DNA from: Planctomycetota bacterium
GTDB lineage: Bacteria > Planctomycetota > B15-G4 > JADJEK01
Assembly (NCBI GenBank): GCA_044225365.1
Contig: JBGAIQ010000037.1
Coordinates: 1 to 55,636 of the forward strand
DNA length: 55,636 nucleotides
Reading direction: 5' to 3'
Every line of letters begins with the position of its first letter. Position 1 is the first letter of the stretch. Both the position numbers and the translations under genes were made by a program. Shown piece after piece: positions 29,766 through 39,279 of the stretch. The notes under the pieces were generated by a model. It ran no database searches. It was not told the DNA's origin and saw only the letters and a program-made list of their open reading frames with translations.

Positions 29766-29938
29766 CAACGGAGATGAAGGTTCGGGACACAGGCGGTGTG
29801 CCTTCGGTGTTCGAGAGAACAAGATCGTCCCTTCATTCGAGCGTTCGATCTGGACCCCGTTGAATTGGGGCGAATCGGGTCGACTCGAGTCGAATCGAAA
29901 CGAACCGACGCCGCCACCGTCCCTGGAACCCTCCGTTG
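29766..29938 (+). ncRNA. Candidate structured RNA (173-nt rod-like hairpin; 6S-like RNA or part of the rho leader)
   Basis: Nested pairings CAACGGAG/CTCCGTTG, GGTTC/GAACC, GGGAC/GTCCC, GGCGGTGT/ACGCCGCC, ATTCGAG/CTCGAGT, TCGATCTG/CGGGTCGA and CCCC/GGGG. Several G.U pairs favour the + strand. Confidence 0.45.
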
Positions 29939-30273
29939 CCTGCGAAGTCGTCGATGCCGTGCTGACGCGAGTGAGCGTCGCGCAAGCGATGCTGCATTTC
30001 CGGTTCCGCTCATCGTGACTGGATCCCCCTGACCCCCTGATCCCAGGTGGTCAGCGTGAATTCGGAGGGGATCGTCTCGCGAGGAGCGAGGCGCGCAGGA
30101 GTTTGTTCCGAAGTCGAATCGGTTGGAATCGCCGCGCAATTCGTATTCGCGAGCATCGAGAGGGGCCATCGCGGCCTAGCTCCGAGGGCTCGTCGTGTCG
30201 ACCCGCGAGGTGGCGCGGAGCGCGAGAATGGTCTCGTGCGACTCACTCGCTCGGGTCTTCGCAAGGACGCAAA

Positions 30274-31671
30274 ATGTCGAGGAATGGAAGAGGTCGTCGG
30301 CGTGGCCGCCGCGGTCCCGGGCCCGGGCAGCAGGGTCATCAGGGCCATTCGGGCAATCAGGGCGGCTATTCCGGCCAGGGCGGAGGATACTCGGGCGACC
30401 GAGGCCGCTACCAGCAGGGCGGCGGCGGCGGCGGCGGCGGTCGCGGTCGACGCCAAGGTGGCGGCGGTCGTCCGCAACACTTCCGTGAGGGCGGCGGCGG
30501 TGGTGGAGGTCAGCGTGGACCGATCGATCCGTCGCAAGGCATCCCGGTCAGCGGTGTCCTCGAGCTCGTGAAGGAAGGCTTCGGATACCTTCGCAATCCC
30601 AAGAAGGACTACGAGCCCTCTCCCGACGATCCCTGGGTTCCGCTGCCGATCCTCCGCAAATTCGGCCTGCGCGAGGGCAGCATGCTCAGCGCGACCGCAT
30701 TCCGCCAGCGCTCTCGCGGCACGCATCCGGGGGTCGAGTACGTCGAGAAGGTCGACGGCATCGTCCCCGAACACGCCGAGAAAGATGCGCCGATCAAGAA
30801 TCTCGTCTCCGTCGATCCTCGCGAGCGCTACGTCCTCGCGGAGGAGAATGGCGACATCGACCTGCGAATCGTCGATCTGATCGCACCGCTCGGCAAGGGG
30901 CAGCGCGCGCTCATCGTCGCGCCGCCGCGAACCGGAAAGACCGTCTTCCTCGAGAAGATCGGGAATCGAATCTGCAAGGCGTACCCTGAAGCGCATCTCA
31001 TGGTCGCGCTGGTCGACGAGCGGCCGGAGGAAGCGACGCATTTCAAGCGAAGCGTTCCGCCCACCGCCGAGGTGATCGCATCGACCAACGACGAGCCGGG
31101 CTCGCGGCACATCCAAGTCGCGGAGCTCGTGAGCGCTCGCGCCAAACGATTGCTCGAGGCCGGCCGCGACGTCGTCGTGCTCATCGATTCGCTCACTCGC
31201 CTCGGTCGGGCCTACAACCTCGAGACCAAAGGATCCGGACGTACGTTGTCCGGCGGTCTCGACGCCAAAGTCCTCGAGAAGCCGAAGGCCTTCTTCGGTG
31301 CGGCTCGCAACGTCGAGAACGGCGGCTCGCTCACGATCGTCGCGACGGCGCTCGTCGAGACCGGCAGCCGCATGGATGAGGTGATCTTCGAGGAGTTCAA
31401 GGGCACGGGCAATATGGAGCTCGTTCTCTCGCGCACGCTCGCTGAACGCCGCATCTGGCCGGCGATCGACGTGAATCGTTCGGGTACGCGCCGCGAGGAA
31501 CTCTTGCTCAGTCCGAGCGAACTCGCGAAGATCCATCTGCTGCGGCGGGTGCTGAACCGCATGCGGCCGGTCGAGGCCATGGAACTGTTGCGCAAGAAGA
31601 TCGCCGAGACGCGCAGCAATCAGGAGTTCCTCGCGCGGTTCGACGCGCTCGGCAGTGCGATCGACGATTGA
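30274..31671 (+). CDS. rho: Transcription termination factor Rho with a low-complexity N-terminal extension
   Basis: 'GVLELVKEGFGYLR', 'APLGKGQRALIVAPPRTGKT', 'VDERPEE', 'DSLTRLGRAYN', 'SGRTLSGG', 'FEEFKGTGNMEL', 'SGTRREE'; ATG 30274 preceded by AAGGA. Confidence 0.96.
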   Translation: MSRNGRGRRRGRRGPGPGQQGHQGHSGNQGGYSGQGGGYSGDRGRYQQGGGGGGGGRGRRQGGGGRPQHFREGGGGGGGQRGPIDPSQGIPVSGVLELVKEGFGYLRNPKKDYEPSPDDPWVPLPILRKFGLREGSMLSATAFRQRSRGTHPGVEYVEKVDGIVPEHAEKDAPIKNLVSVDPRERYVLAEENGDIDLRIVDLIAPLGKGQRALIVAPPRTGKTVFLEKIGNRICKAYPEAHLMVALVDERPEEATHFKRSVPPTAEVIASTNDEPGSRHIQVAELVSARAKRLLEAGRDVVVLIDSLTRLGRAYNLETKGSGRTLSGGLDAKVLEKPKAFFGAARNVENGGSLTIVATALVETGSRMDEVIFEEFKGTGNMELVLSRTLAERRIWPAIDVNRSGTRREELLLSPSELAKIHLLRRVLNRMRPVEAMELLRKKIAETRSNQEFLARFDALGSAIDD

Positions 31672-31726
31672 CGCGAACGCGTTCGATCGAATCGACGTTC
31701 GGAACGACGATCGAGGAGGTACCCAG

Positions 31727-32242
31727 ATGGTTCGGATTGCGCGACTTTCCACCGTGGCGCTGCTCGGCGCCGTTCTCTTCTCCACCGGTTGTTCCTCGGG
31801 TCGCACGTACTCCGAGGGCGTGGTCGGGCGCGAGAAGTCGAATTGGTTCCTGTTCGACTTCCGTCGCAACGAACAGCGCGAGAGCTGGTCGATCTTCTGC
31901 GAGCCGTTCCTCACCGCGGGAACGACGAGTGCGGGCAATTTCTACACCGACCTCTTCGCCGGCGGCGTCACGATGGTGAACATCCCCGGCATCTCGATGG
32001 TCCTCATCTATCCGTTCCAGTACCACGATCAGCCGGATGCGACGGCGCACGTCTTCGGCGTCGGCAGTGGCGAAGGCGATCTCCGCATCTCGCTGCTGTG
32101 GGGCATGTTCTCGCTCGGGCGCAATTGGAACATCTTCTGGGCGCGTGGATTCTGGGTCGGCAAGGACGATCCGCTGTACCCGAGTCCGAGCGACGCGGCG
32201 AAGAGCGCCTACGAGAAGATCACGGTCGCACCGCCGAAGTGA
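31727..32242 (+). CDS. Hypothetical lipoprotein, aromatic-rich
   Basis: Strong RBS GAGGAGGT; lipobox 'LFSTGC'. Confidence 0.8.
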   Translation: MVRIARLSTVALLGAVLFSTGCSSGRTYSEGVVGREKSNWFLFDFRRNEQRESWSIFCEPFLTAGTTSAGNFYTDLFAGGVTMVNIPGISMVLIYPFQYHDQPDATAHVFGVGSGEGDLRISLLWGMFSLGRNWNIFWARGFWVGKDDPLYPSPSDAAKSAYEKITVAPPK

Positions 32243-32250
32243 GCTCGCGC

Positions 32251-32279
32251 CGAACCTCCGCGCGATGCGCGGAGGTTCG
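32251..32279. terminator. Perfect hairpin between convergent genes; likely terminator or 3'-end stabiliser
   Basis: CGAACCTCCGCGC-GAT-GCGCGGAGGTTCG, 13-bp stem; no U tract. Confidence 0.55.
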
Positions 32280-32291
32280 CTCGAGGAACGA

Positions 32292-33995
32292 TCACCACGA
32301 ACGCAATCGCAGGGTGTTCGTGAGCTGCGTACCCGTGTACGCCTGGAGCTGAATGCCGTCGTATCCCAGCACCGCGGGGAGTACGGCGTCGATCGAGAGG
32401 ACTCCGTTCGCGCCGATCGAAGCGAGGGGCAGTACGGAGATTGGGCTCTGCAGCGCGAAGTTCCCCGCGGGAGTCGGGATCGGAACGGAAGCGAGCGACA
32501 GCGAAGCAAACAGGATCACGGGTGAGGAGGTTGGCGCGTCGAGCACGCGAAGCGATCCGTTCGCCGCTTCGAGGATCGCACCGTTCCACCAGAGTCGAGC
32601 GTGATGTTCATCGGCGCCGAGATCGCCGCCGGCCGGGGGGAGCGGGTCGCCTTCGAAGTCCGTCGTGATCGCGGGCAGCGCGGGAGTCGCGATCGCTTGG
32701 CCGACGCCGGGAGAACCGGCGCGCAGGTGATAGTCGTTCGACGCTTCGTCGACGAAGAGCGGGTCCGCGCTCTGGAGCGCTCCGCACGATCCGCTGCCGC
32801 CGCCCTCGAGGAGCGTCGCGCAGAGATCGGCAACGATGCCCCCGCCGAACGGTGAAGCGGCGTGCCAGAAGATCGAGTTCGTCACGACGAGCGCGAGCGG
32901 CGTCGGGGAGTCTCCGTGGAAGAGCGGTCCGGTCGCGTGTTGGCCGAAGGTGCAGTGGTCGACGACGAATCCCGTCGCCGAGTGAATGCCGAGCTGCGTG
33001 ACGAGTTCGATCACCGAGAAGTTCGGGGAGGGTCCGAAGGGCCCATTGCCGCCGAAGATGCATCGTCGCAGCATCGCCGTGGGTTTCGAGAAGCCCGTGA
33101 TCGAGAGCGCGGCCCCGATCGGCGCACGGTTGCCGACGAACACGCACGAGTCGATGGCGACGGCGGGATGGTCGGCGAGGTGCAGGCCGCCCGCCGAGAC
33201 GCGAGCGTCGTTGTCGCGGAACTCGCAGTTGCGGACTCTTAGTGGACCCATCTGATAGGGGCCCATGATCCACGCGCCGCCGGCATCGTCCGCAGAGTTC
33301 CCGATGAACGAGCAGTTCTCGACGGTGCCCGCGCCAATGAAGACGAGGCCACCTGCGCTGGACTTCGCCTTGTTGCTCTCGAAGCTGCATTGGCGCACCG
33401 TGAACGAGAACGTGACATCGATGAACGCGCCCGCTCCCTGGTCCGCGAGACGATTGCCGACGAACGCGCAATCCTCCATCAGGCCCGTGCTGTCGAACAC
33501 GTACGCGCCGGCGCCGAGCCGCGGCGGAGCGTTCACCAGATTCGCGGTCGCGGAGTTGTTCGAGAAGCGGCAGCGGCGGACCGCGAGGTCGACGCTTCCC
33601 GCGAACAGGCCGCCACCGGCGTCGAACGGATTGACGACGCCATCACCGGTCGCCACGCCCTCTCCGTCCTCGAGCGTGAAGCCTTCGACCTCTTCGTGAA
33701 GGGTTTCCGTCGCGCCGGCCGGGAAGATCTTGATCACGGGGCGATGCAGTCCGGTCGCGCGAATCCGCGTGACGTCCGGCCCGCCGGTTCCGACGAGGCG
33801 CAGCGCCTTGTCGCCGAAATCGAGGGCTTCGTGGTAATCGCCCGGCGCGACGAGGATCGAGTCGCCGCTTTGCGCGGCGTCGATCGCGGCCTGGATCGAC
33901 TGGCCCGCTGCGACGAGGACGTCGGCGGCTCGGGCGGTCGATCCGAGCGCGGCGACGCCGCAGGCGATCAGGAGGAATCCGAGGTGTGAACGCAT
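32292..33995 (-). CDS. Secreted right-handed beta-helix (pectin-lyase-like) protein with choice-of-anchor-Q-like segment and a C-terminal domain
   Basis: Signal peptide ending 'TARA|ADV'; 'SIQAAIDAAQSGDSILVAPGDYHE'; repeated 'C.F..N.A...GGG'; 'DPLFVD...DYHLRAGSP...DFEGDP...DLGADE'. Confidence 0.85.
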   Translation of the reverse strand: MRSHLGFLLIACGVAALGSTARAADVLVAAGQSIQAAIDAAQSGDSILVAPGDYHEALDFGDKALRLVGTGGPDVTRIRATGLHRPVIKIFPAGATETLHEEVEGFTLEDGEGVATGDGVVNPFDAGGGLFAGSVDLAVRRCRFSNNSATANLVNAPPRLGAGAYVFDSTGLMEDCAFVGNRLADQGAGAFIDVTFSFTVRQCSFESNKAKSSAGGLVFIGAGTVENCSFIGNSADDAGGAWIMGPYQMGPLRVRNCEFRDNDARVSAGGLHLADHPAVAIDSCVFVGNRAPIGAALSITGFSKPTAMLRRCIFGGNGPFGPSPNFSVIELVTQLGIHSATGFVVDHCTFGQHATGPLFHGDSPTPLALVVTNSIFWHAASPFGGGIVADLCATLLEGGGSGSCGALQSADPLFVDEASNDYHLRAGSPGVGQAIATPALPAITTDFEGDPLPPAGGDLGADEHHARLWWNGAILEAANGSLRVLDAPTSSPVILFASLSLASVPIPTPAGNFALQSPISVLPLASIGANGVLSIDAVLPAVLGYDGIQLQAYTGTQLTNTLRLRSW

Positions 33996-34071
33996 GGGTG
34001 AGAACCTCCGAATCGAGCGACTCCGCCATGCTACCACTCGCGAGCCGGCATCGCTCGCGACGCGCGACTCC

Positions 34072-35391
34072 TCAATTCTGAAGCTTCACGACCTCGACGA
34101 CGCGCCAGTAGTCGCTCGGCACGCCGGTCGGGGTCGACTCCAGGAACAGCAGCTTTCCGTTGCCCGATTGAGTGATCTCGACGATGTTGTCATTGGGCGT
34201 GGGAATCGCCGTCTCGGGGAGGATCTGGATCGGTTTCGCTGCTTCGGAGAACGCCTTCGAGCGGTCGAATCGGCGACCTTCGAGGGTGGGGACGTTCGGC
34301 ATCGGCGGGCTGTGATAGAGCTGGCACGTCAACGTGCGTCCGTCGTCGGCGAGGGCGGGATGGAGAAGCATGAGGCCCGGCGCACCGTCGGCGCCGACGT
34401 CCTGACGAATCGTGACGCCGAACTTCCGATCGAAGAAGAAGAGATCGGGCAGCGAGCCGTTGCCGTCGCTCGCGGAGAGATTCGTCGCGCCGGACGCGTA
34501 GGCGATCGTGTTGCCGTCTGCAGAGACGGAGGGAAGGGAGCAGAATCCGTTCGCGGTCTTGCCGAGTCGCTTCGTGATCAGCGACGTCGTCTTCGCCTTT
34601 CGATCCCGCAGGAAGATGTTCGGCGCCGGAGTCGTGATCGGCGAATTCGGATCGAGGTTCGTCGCCATCGTCTGGAATGCGACCACGTCCCCGTTCTTCG
34701 AGAGGTCGAACGGCGTGAGGTCGAATGCGCCGACCTCGGAGTTGCAGAGCAGACCACCCGTGCTGACCGAGATCCGCTCGACGTCGTTGGTGTCGATGTC
34801 GAACGCGAAGAGCTGCGAGTGACCATTGCCGGCGAAGTCGATCAGGTTGTTCGCGGGCGAAGAGAAGAGGACCGTTCTTCCGTCACGGCTGATCCTCGCG
34901 AGCTGAACGTCGTCGTTCGCACCGCTCTTTCCATCGACCGTGATCGAGCAGAGTCGGCGTTTTCCCGTCTTCAGGTCCTGCCAGATCGCCTGCTTGAAGC
35001 CGTTGTGAGGCATTCCGAGGTTCGACGCCGCGGTCACGTAGGCCACGTATCGTCCGTTGCTCGAGATCGTGAGCTCGGAGACGTCCGCATCGGCGTCGCC
35101 GCTCGGGACACCGAAGGAGACACACTCGATCTTCTGCTTCTTGCGATCGACGCGATACGCCTGCGACGCTCCTCCTATCCCGGGGACGAGATTCGTCGCG
35201 GTCGAGAGGAAGGCGACGTAGCGACCGTTCTTGTTCACTTGCAGCCGCTGGCAGATCGCATTCGGTGGCGCGGAATCGAACCCCATGAACGCTGGAGTTG
35301 GATTCGATGCGTCGATCGCATCGTTGCCGGCGAAGGCGCTCGCGGTGAGGAGGAGCGAAGAGATCAGAGCAATGGAGGTGGAAGCGTGCAT
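34072..35391 (-). CDS. Secreted TolB-like (PD40) beta-propeller protein, paralogue 1
   Basis: Signal peptide; repeats 'NGRYVAF.S.ATNL', 'ISRDGRTVLFSS', 'SVSADGNTIAY'. Confidence 0.85.
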   Translation of the reverse strand: MHASTSIALISSLLLTASAFAGNDAIDASNPTPAFMGFDSAPPNAICQRLQVNKNGRYVAFLSTATNLVPGIGGASQAYRVDRKKQKIECVSFGVPSGDADADVSELTISSNGRYVAYVTAASNLGMPHNGFKQAIWQDLKTGKRRLCSITVDGKSGANDDVQLARISRDGRTVLFSSPANNLIDFAGNGHSQLFAFDIDTNDVERISVSTGGLLCNSEVGAFDLTPFDLSKNGDVVAFQTMATNLDPNSPITTPAPNIFLRDRKAKTTSLITKRLGKTANGFCSLPSVSADGNTIAYASGATNLSASDGNGSLPDLFFFDRKFGVTIRQDVGADGAPGLMLLHPALADDGRTLTCQLYHSPPMPNVPTLEGRRFDRSKAFSEAAKPIQILPETAIPTPNDNIVEITQSGNGKLLFLESTPTGVPSDYWRVVEVVKLQN

Positions 35392-35452
35392 GAGGGATTC
35401 CTGAGCGTTCCTTGGATTCTTTGGTCTCTCGGCGATGCTGTCGATCGGCGCG

Positions 35453-36760
35453 TCAGTTCGAGAGGTCGAGGTCGAAGAGGCTGCCGAGCGGCGGGGCGTC
35501 CAATACCTTGGCGGACGTCTGGAAGATCAGGGACTTGCCGTCGCGAGTGATCCGCGGATCGATCATGTTGTCCCACTTCGTCGCGTTGTCGTTGTCGTTG
35601 ACGTGGATCACGCATCCTTCGCCCGTGACGCGGTCGAAGCGACGAACGTCGCTGAGGAACGTGCCGGCGACCGTCGGATGATCGATGGTGGCGCGACAGA
35701 CGAAGTAGCGCCCGTCGGCGGAGAGCGACGTCTCCGAGAGGTCGAAGTGATTCGAGCCTTCGTCGATGCCCGCGATGCGCTCGATCGTCCCGAGCTTCAG
35801 ATCGAAGAAGAAGGCGTCGGTGCGCGCGCCGTTCGGATCGCTCGCGACGAGATTCGACGCGTCGGAGAGGTACGCGACGTAGCGGCCGTTGGCCGAGATC
35901 TGAGCCTCGAAGCTCGAAGCGTTCGGCACCGCGCCGACGTGACCTCGCGAGACCATGATCGTCATGTCGTGCTTCAGGTCGCGGACGAAGATGTCGCCGA
36001 CCAGCGGAGACTTGGCCGCCGAGGCGTCGAGGTTCGTCGCGTAGCTCACGAACGTGATGGACTTGCCGTCGTTCGAGACGTCGCACAGATAGCTGTCGGA
36101 GTTGCCGAAGGCGCCGCCGTGAGCGATGGACACGGGCGTCACGACGCCGGTCGCGATCTCGCACACGTACACCTGGCGATGCGTGTTCCCGAAGGTGTTG
36201 ACGAGGTTCGTGGCGTCGGTGTCGAACGCCACGTACTTCCCGTTGCCGCTGATGCGGGCCTCGTTCGAGTCGGCGTTGCCCGGAGCGCCGAGGGCCGTTC
36301 GCGAGCACAACACGCGCTTGCCCGTCTTCATGTCCTGCCAGATCGCCTGCCCGTTGCCGTTCGCCGGTACACCGAGATTGGTCGCGTAACTGATGTAGGT
36401 GACGTAGCGGCCATTGTTCGAGATCTCGATATCGATCGATACGTCGTTGCCGGCGATGCCGCCCGGATTCCGCGTCGGACACGACACCTTCCCGGTCTTG
36501 CGATCGAGGCGGTAGACCTCGGCGGTTCCCCCGACTCCCGGAACGAGATTCGAGGCGGTGGAGATGAAGGCGAGGTAGCGCCCGCTCTTCGAGGCCCGCT
36601 CCCGCGTGAGGGGGCCGTTGGGCTCGTCGGGTCCCGTGAGATGGAAGCCGATCGGTTGCGCCGACGAGGCCAGGATCGGGCCTTCGGCTGCGAACGAAGC
36701 GGGAAGGAGCACAAGGATCGAGAACGAGGCGAGAGCAATGCGGCGCACGAGATTCTCCAT
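35453..36760 (-). CDS. Secreted TolB-like (PD40) beta-propeller protein, paralogue 2
   Basis: Signal peptide; repeats 'ISGNGKYVAFDTDATNL', 'ISANGRYVAYLSDASNL'; clearly homologous to the adjacent gene. Confidence 0.85.
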   Translation of the reverse strand: MENLVRRIALASFSILVLLPASFAAEGPILASSAQPIGFHLTGPDEPNGPLTRERASKSGRYLAFISTASNLVPGVGGTAEVYRLDRKTGKVSCPTRNPGGIAGNDVSIDIEISNNGRYVTYISYATNLGVPANGNGQAIWQDMKTGKRVLCSRTALGAPGNADSNEARISGNGKYVAFDTDATNLVNTFGNTHRQVYVCEIATGVVTPVSIAHGGAFGNSDSYLCDVSNDGKSITFVSYATNLDASAAKSPLVGDIFVRDLKHDMTIMVSRGHVGAVPNASSFEAQISANGRYVAYLSDASNLVASDPNGARTDAFFFDLKLGTIERIAGIDEGSNHFDLSETSLSADGRYFVCRATIDHPTVAGTFLSDVRRFDRVTGEGCVIHVNDNDNATKWDNMIDPRITRDGKSLIFQTSAKVLDAPPLGSLFDLDLSN

Positions 36761-36837
36761 TCAGCGCACTCGAGTGCGCCTACTTCCAGAATCCGTGAAG
36801 TGCGGGGTGGATCTCGCAAATGCTGCGGAGTGATGCG

Positions 36838-36874
36838 AAAGAGCGGCGCGAGACTCTCGTCTCACGCCGCTCTT
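36838..36874 (-). terminator. Intrinsic terminator of fusA
   Basis: Minus strand: GAGCGGCGTGAGAC-GAGA-GTCTCGCGCCGCTC followed by TTT, ~25 nt after the fusA stop. Confidence 0.7.
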
Positions 36875-36898
36875 CGGGTCGAGCGATCACTCTCGCGA

Positions 36899-39049
36899 TC
36901 ACTTCTTCTTGGCCGCAGCCTCGCGCATCTTCGCCGAATCGTCGTAGACCTTCTTCGCGAGTTCGTTCGGCACGTCCCAGTAGCCTTGCGGCTCCATCGA
37001 ATAGGTGCCGCGACCCTGCGTCAAGGAACGCAGGCGCGAACTGTAAGCGAACATCTCGGAGATCGGCACTTCGGCGTGGACGACCTTCAGGTTCTGACGG
37101 CTGTCGACGTCGTGCACGCGCGCTCGGCGTGAGTTGAGGTCGCCGATGATGTCGCCGAGGTGATCCTCCGGCGCCGCCACTTCGACCTTCATCACGGGTT
37201 CGAGCAGCTTGGTCGTCTCGCGGAGGAACGCTTCGCGGAACGCGAGGCGGCCGGCCGCTTCGAACGCCATGTCGCTCGAGTCGACGTCGTGGTACGAACC
37301 GTCGTACACAGAGGCCTTGAAGCCCACGAACTGGAAGCGCTCCGGTCCACCCGCCTCGGCGAGGCGGCGGATGCCGCGCTCGATCGACGGGATGTACTCG
37401 CGGGGGATCGCGCCGCCCTTGATCTCGTTCTCGAACTCGATGTCGAAGCTGCCGGGCAGCGGCTCGAAGCGAACCTTCGCGACGGCGTACTGACCGGAAC
37501 CACCCGTCTGCTTGATGTGGCGGGCTTCGACGCTGACCTCGCGAGCGAGCGTCTGCTTGTAGGCGACGCGCGGCGCGCCGACCTCGCAGCCGACGCCGAA
37601 CTCGCGCTGGATGCGGTGCTGCAGGACTTCGAGGTGGAGTTCACCCATTCCCGCGATGACCGTCTCGTTCGTCTCCTGATCCGTGAAGTAGGAGAACGTC
37701 GGGTCTTCCTTCGCGAGCTTGGAGAGCGCCATGCTGAGCTTGTCGCGATCGCCACGCGAAGCCGGCTCGATCGACATCGAGATCACGGGATCCGGGAAAT
37801 CGATCGCTTCGAGCACGATCGGCTTGTTCTCGTCGCACAGCGTGTCGCCCGTGTACGTGAGCTTGACGCCGACCGTGGCGGCGATGTCGCCAGCGCGGAC
37901 TTCGTCGATCTGCTCACGCTCGGCGGCGTGCATGCGATACAGGCGTCCGATGCGCTCGGTCTTGCCCTTCGACGAGTTGTAGACCTGGCTGCCGTTCGTG
38001 AGGACGCCGGAATAGACGCGGATGAACGTCAGGTCGCCCGTCTTCTCGGTGATCGTCTTGAAGGCGAGCGCCGTGAAGGGAGCTTCGGGATCGTGCGGCC
38101 GGATCTCTTCCTGGTCCTTCTTGTCGGGGTTCTTGCCCTTGATGGGGGGCAGGTCGAGCGGGCAGGGCAGATAGTCGACGACGGCGTCGAGCAACTGCTG
38201 AACGCCCTTGTTGCGGAGCGCGGCGCCGCAGAGCAATGGGAACACCGAGCACTTGATCGTGCCCTTGCGCAGCGCGCTCATGACCTCGGGGATCGTGACC
38301 GGCGCTTCTTCGAGGACCTTCTCGAGCAGAGCGTCGTCGAACTCGGCCGCCATCTCGAGCAGATGATGGCGCGCTTCCTTCGCGGCATCGACGTACTCGG
38401 CCGGGATCGGATGCTCGGAGAACTTCTTGCCGCCCTCGGCGGAATCGTCGAACGTCACCGCGACTTCGCGCAGCACGTCGATGAGGCCGACGAAGTCCTT
38501 GCCGGCACCCATCGGGAGCTGGAGGACGGCGGGGCGGCCGCCGAGCCGGTCCTTGATCGACGCCACCGTCATGTCGAAGTCCGCACCGATGCGGTCCATC
38601 TTGTTGACGAAGCAGAGTCGCGGAACGTTGTTCTTCGAGGCCTGGCGCCAGACCGTCTCGGACTGGGCTTCGACGCCGGAGACGGCATCGAACACGGCGA
38701 CGGCGCCGTCGAGCACACGAAGGCTGCGCTCGACCTCGGCCGTGAAGTCCACGTGGCCGGGGGTGTCGATGAGGTTGAGCGCGTGGCCTCGCCACTCGCA
38801 GCTCGTGGCCGCGGCGGTGATCGTGATGCCGCGCTCACGCTCCTCTTCGAGGTAGTCCATCTTGGCGGCGCCGTCGTGGACCTCGCCGATCTTGTGCTCC
38901 TTGCCCGTATAGAACAAGATGCGCTCGGAGATCGTGGTCTTGCCGGCGTCGATGTGAGCCATGATCCCGAAGTTCCGTAGGGTCTTCAGGTACTTGGCGG
39001 CCTTGGAAACTTCCAGGTTAGGGCTGGGTGCCGCTCCCGCTGTCGACAT
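36899..39049 (-). CDS. fusA: Elongation factor G (stand-alone copy)
   Basis: '[15 protein letters not shown]', 'ERERGITI', 'DTPGHVDF', 'NKMD', 'GMGELHL', 'KQTGGSGQY', 'GSYHDVDSS', 'LLEPVM'. Confidence 0.96.
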   Translation of the reverse strand: MSTAGAAPSPNLEVSKAAKYLKTLRNFGIMAHIDAGKTTISERILFYTGKEHKIGEVHDGAAKMDYLEEERERGITITAAATSCEWRGHALNLIDTPGHVDFTAEVERSLRVLDGAVAVFDAVSGVEAQSETVWRQASKNNVPRLCFVNKMDRIGADFDMTVASIKDRLGGRPAVLQLPMGAGKDFVGLIDVLREVAVTFDDSAEGGKKFSEHPIPAEYVDAAKEARHHLLEMAAEFDDALLEKVLEEAPVTIPEVMSALRKGTIKCSVFPLLCGAALRNKGVQQLLDAVVDYLPCPLDLPPIKGKNPDKKDQEEIRPHDPEAPFTALAFKTITEKTGDLTFIRVYSGVLTNGSQVYNSSKGKTERIGRLYRMHAAEREQIDEVRAGDIAATVGVKLTYTGDTLCDENKPIVLEAIDFPDPVISMSIEPASRGDRDKLSMALSKLAKEDPTFSYFTDQETNETVIAGMGELHLEVLQHRIQREFGVGCEVGAPRVAYKQTLAREVSVEARHIKQTGGSGQYAVAKVRFEPLPGSFDIEFENEIKGGAIPREYIPSIERGIRRLAEAGGPERFQFVGFKASVYDGSYHDVDSSDMAFEAAGRLAFREAFLRETTKLLEPVMKVEVAAPEDHLGDIIGDLNSRRARVHDVDSRQNLKVVHAEVPISEMFAYSSRLRSLTQGRGTYSMEPQGYWDVPNELAKKVYDDSAKMREAAAKKK

Positions 39050-39279
39050 GGGGACGGTGCTCCGCGATTTCGAGATTCTTCGAGGGTGCGAAAACCTTGC
39101 ATGTTATCACAGGACGACGAGCGCAGGAAGATCTTTGTGTCGCTCCACGGTGCGAATTCGGCGTCGCCCGCGAGATGTGATCTTTGCTGCGTTTGGTCGG
39201 CTTCGAGCCCTTCGGCCCGAAGGCTCGCGCGGTCGATTCGGTTCCACACCCACCTTTCCCGTCTGCCCTGGGAGGCGCC

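Noticed and set aside
30017-30115. tRNA (including tRNA-Sec), tmRNA, SRP or RNase P RNA
   Set aside because: No T-loop GTTCGA in cloverleaf context, anticodon arm, CCA end or SRP/RNase P signature; treated as part of the rho leader.
30418-30438. (GGC)7 tract as a phase-variation switch
   Set aside because: It is an in-frame triplet encoding poly-Gly; slippage would not shift the frame.
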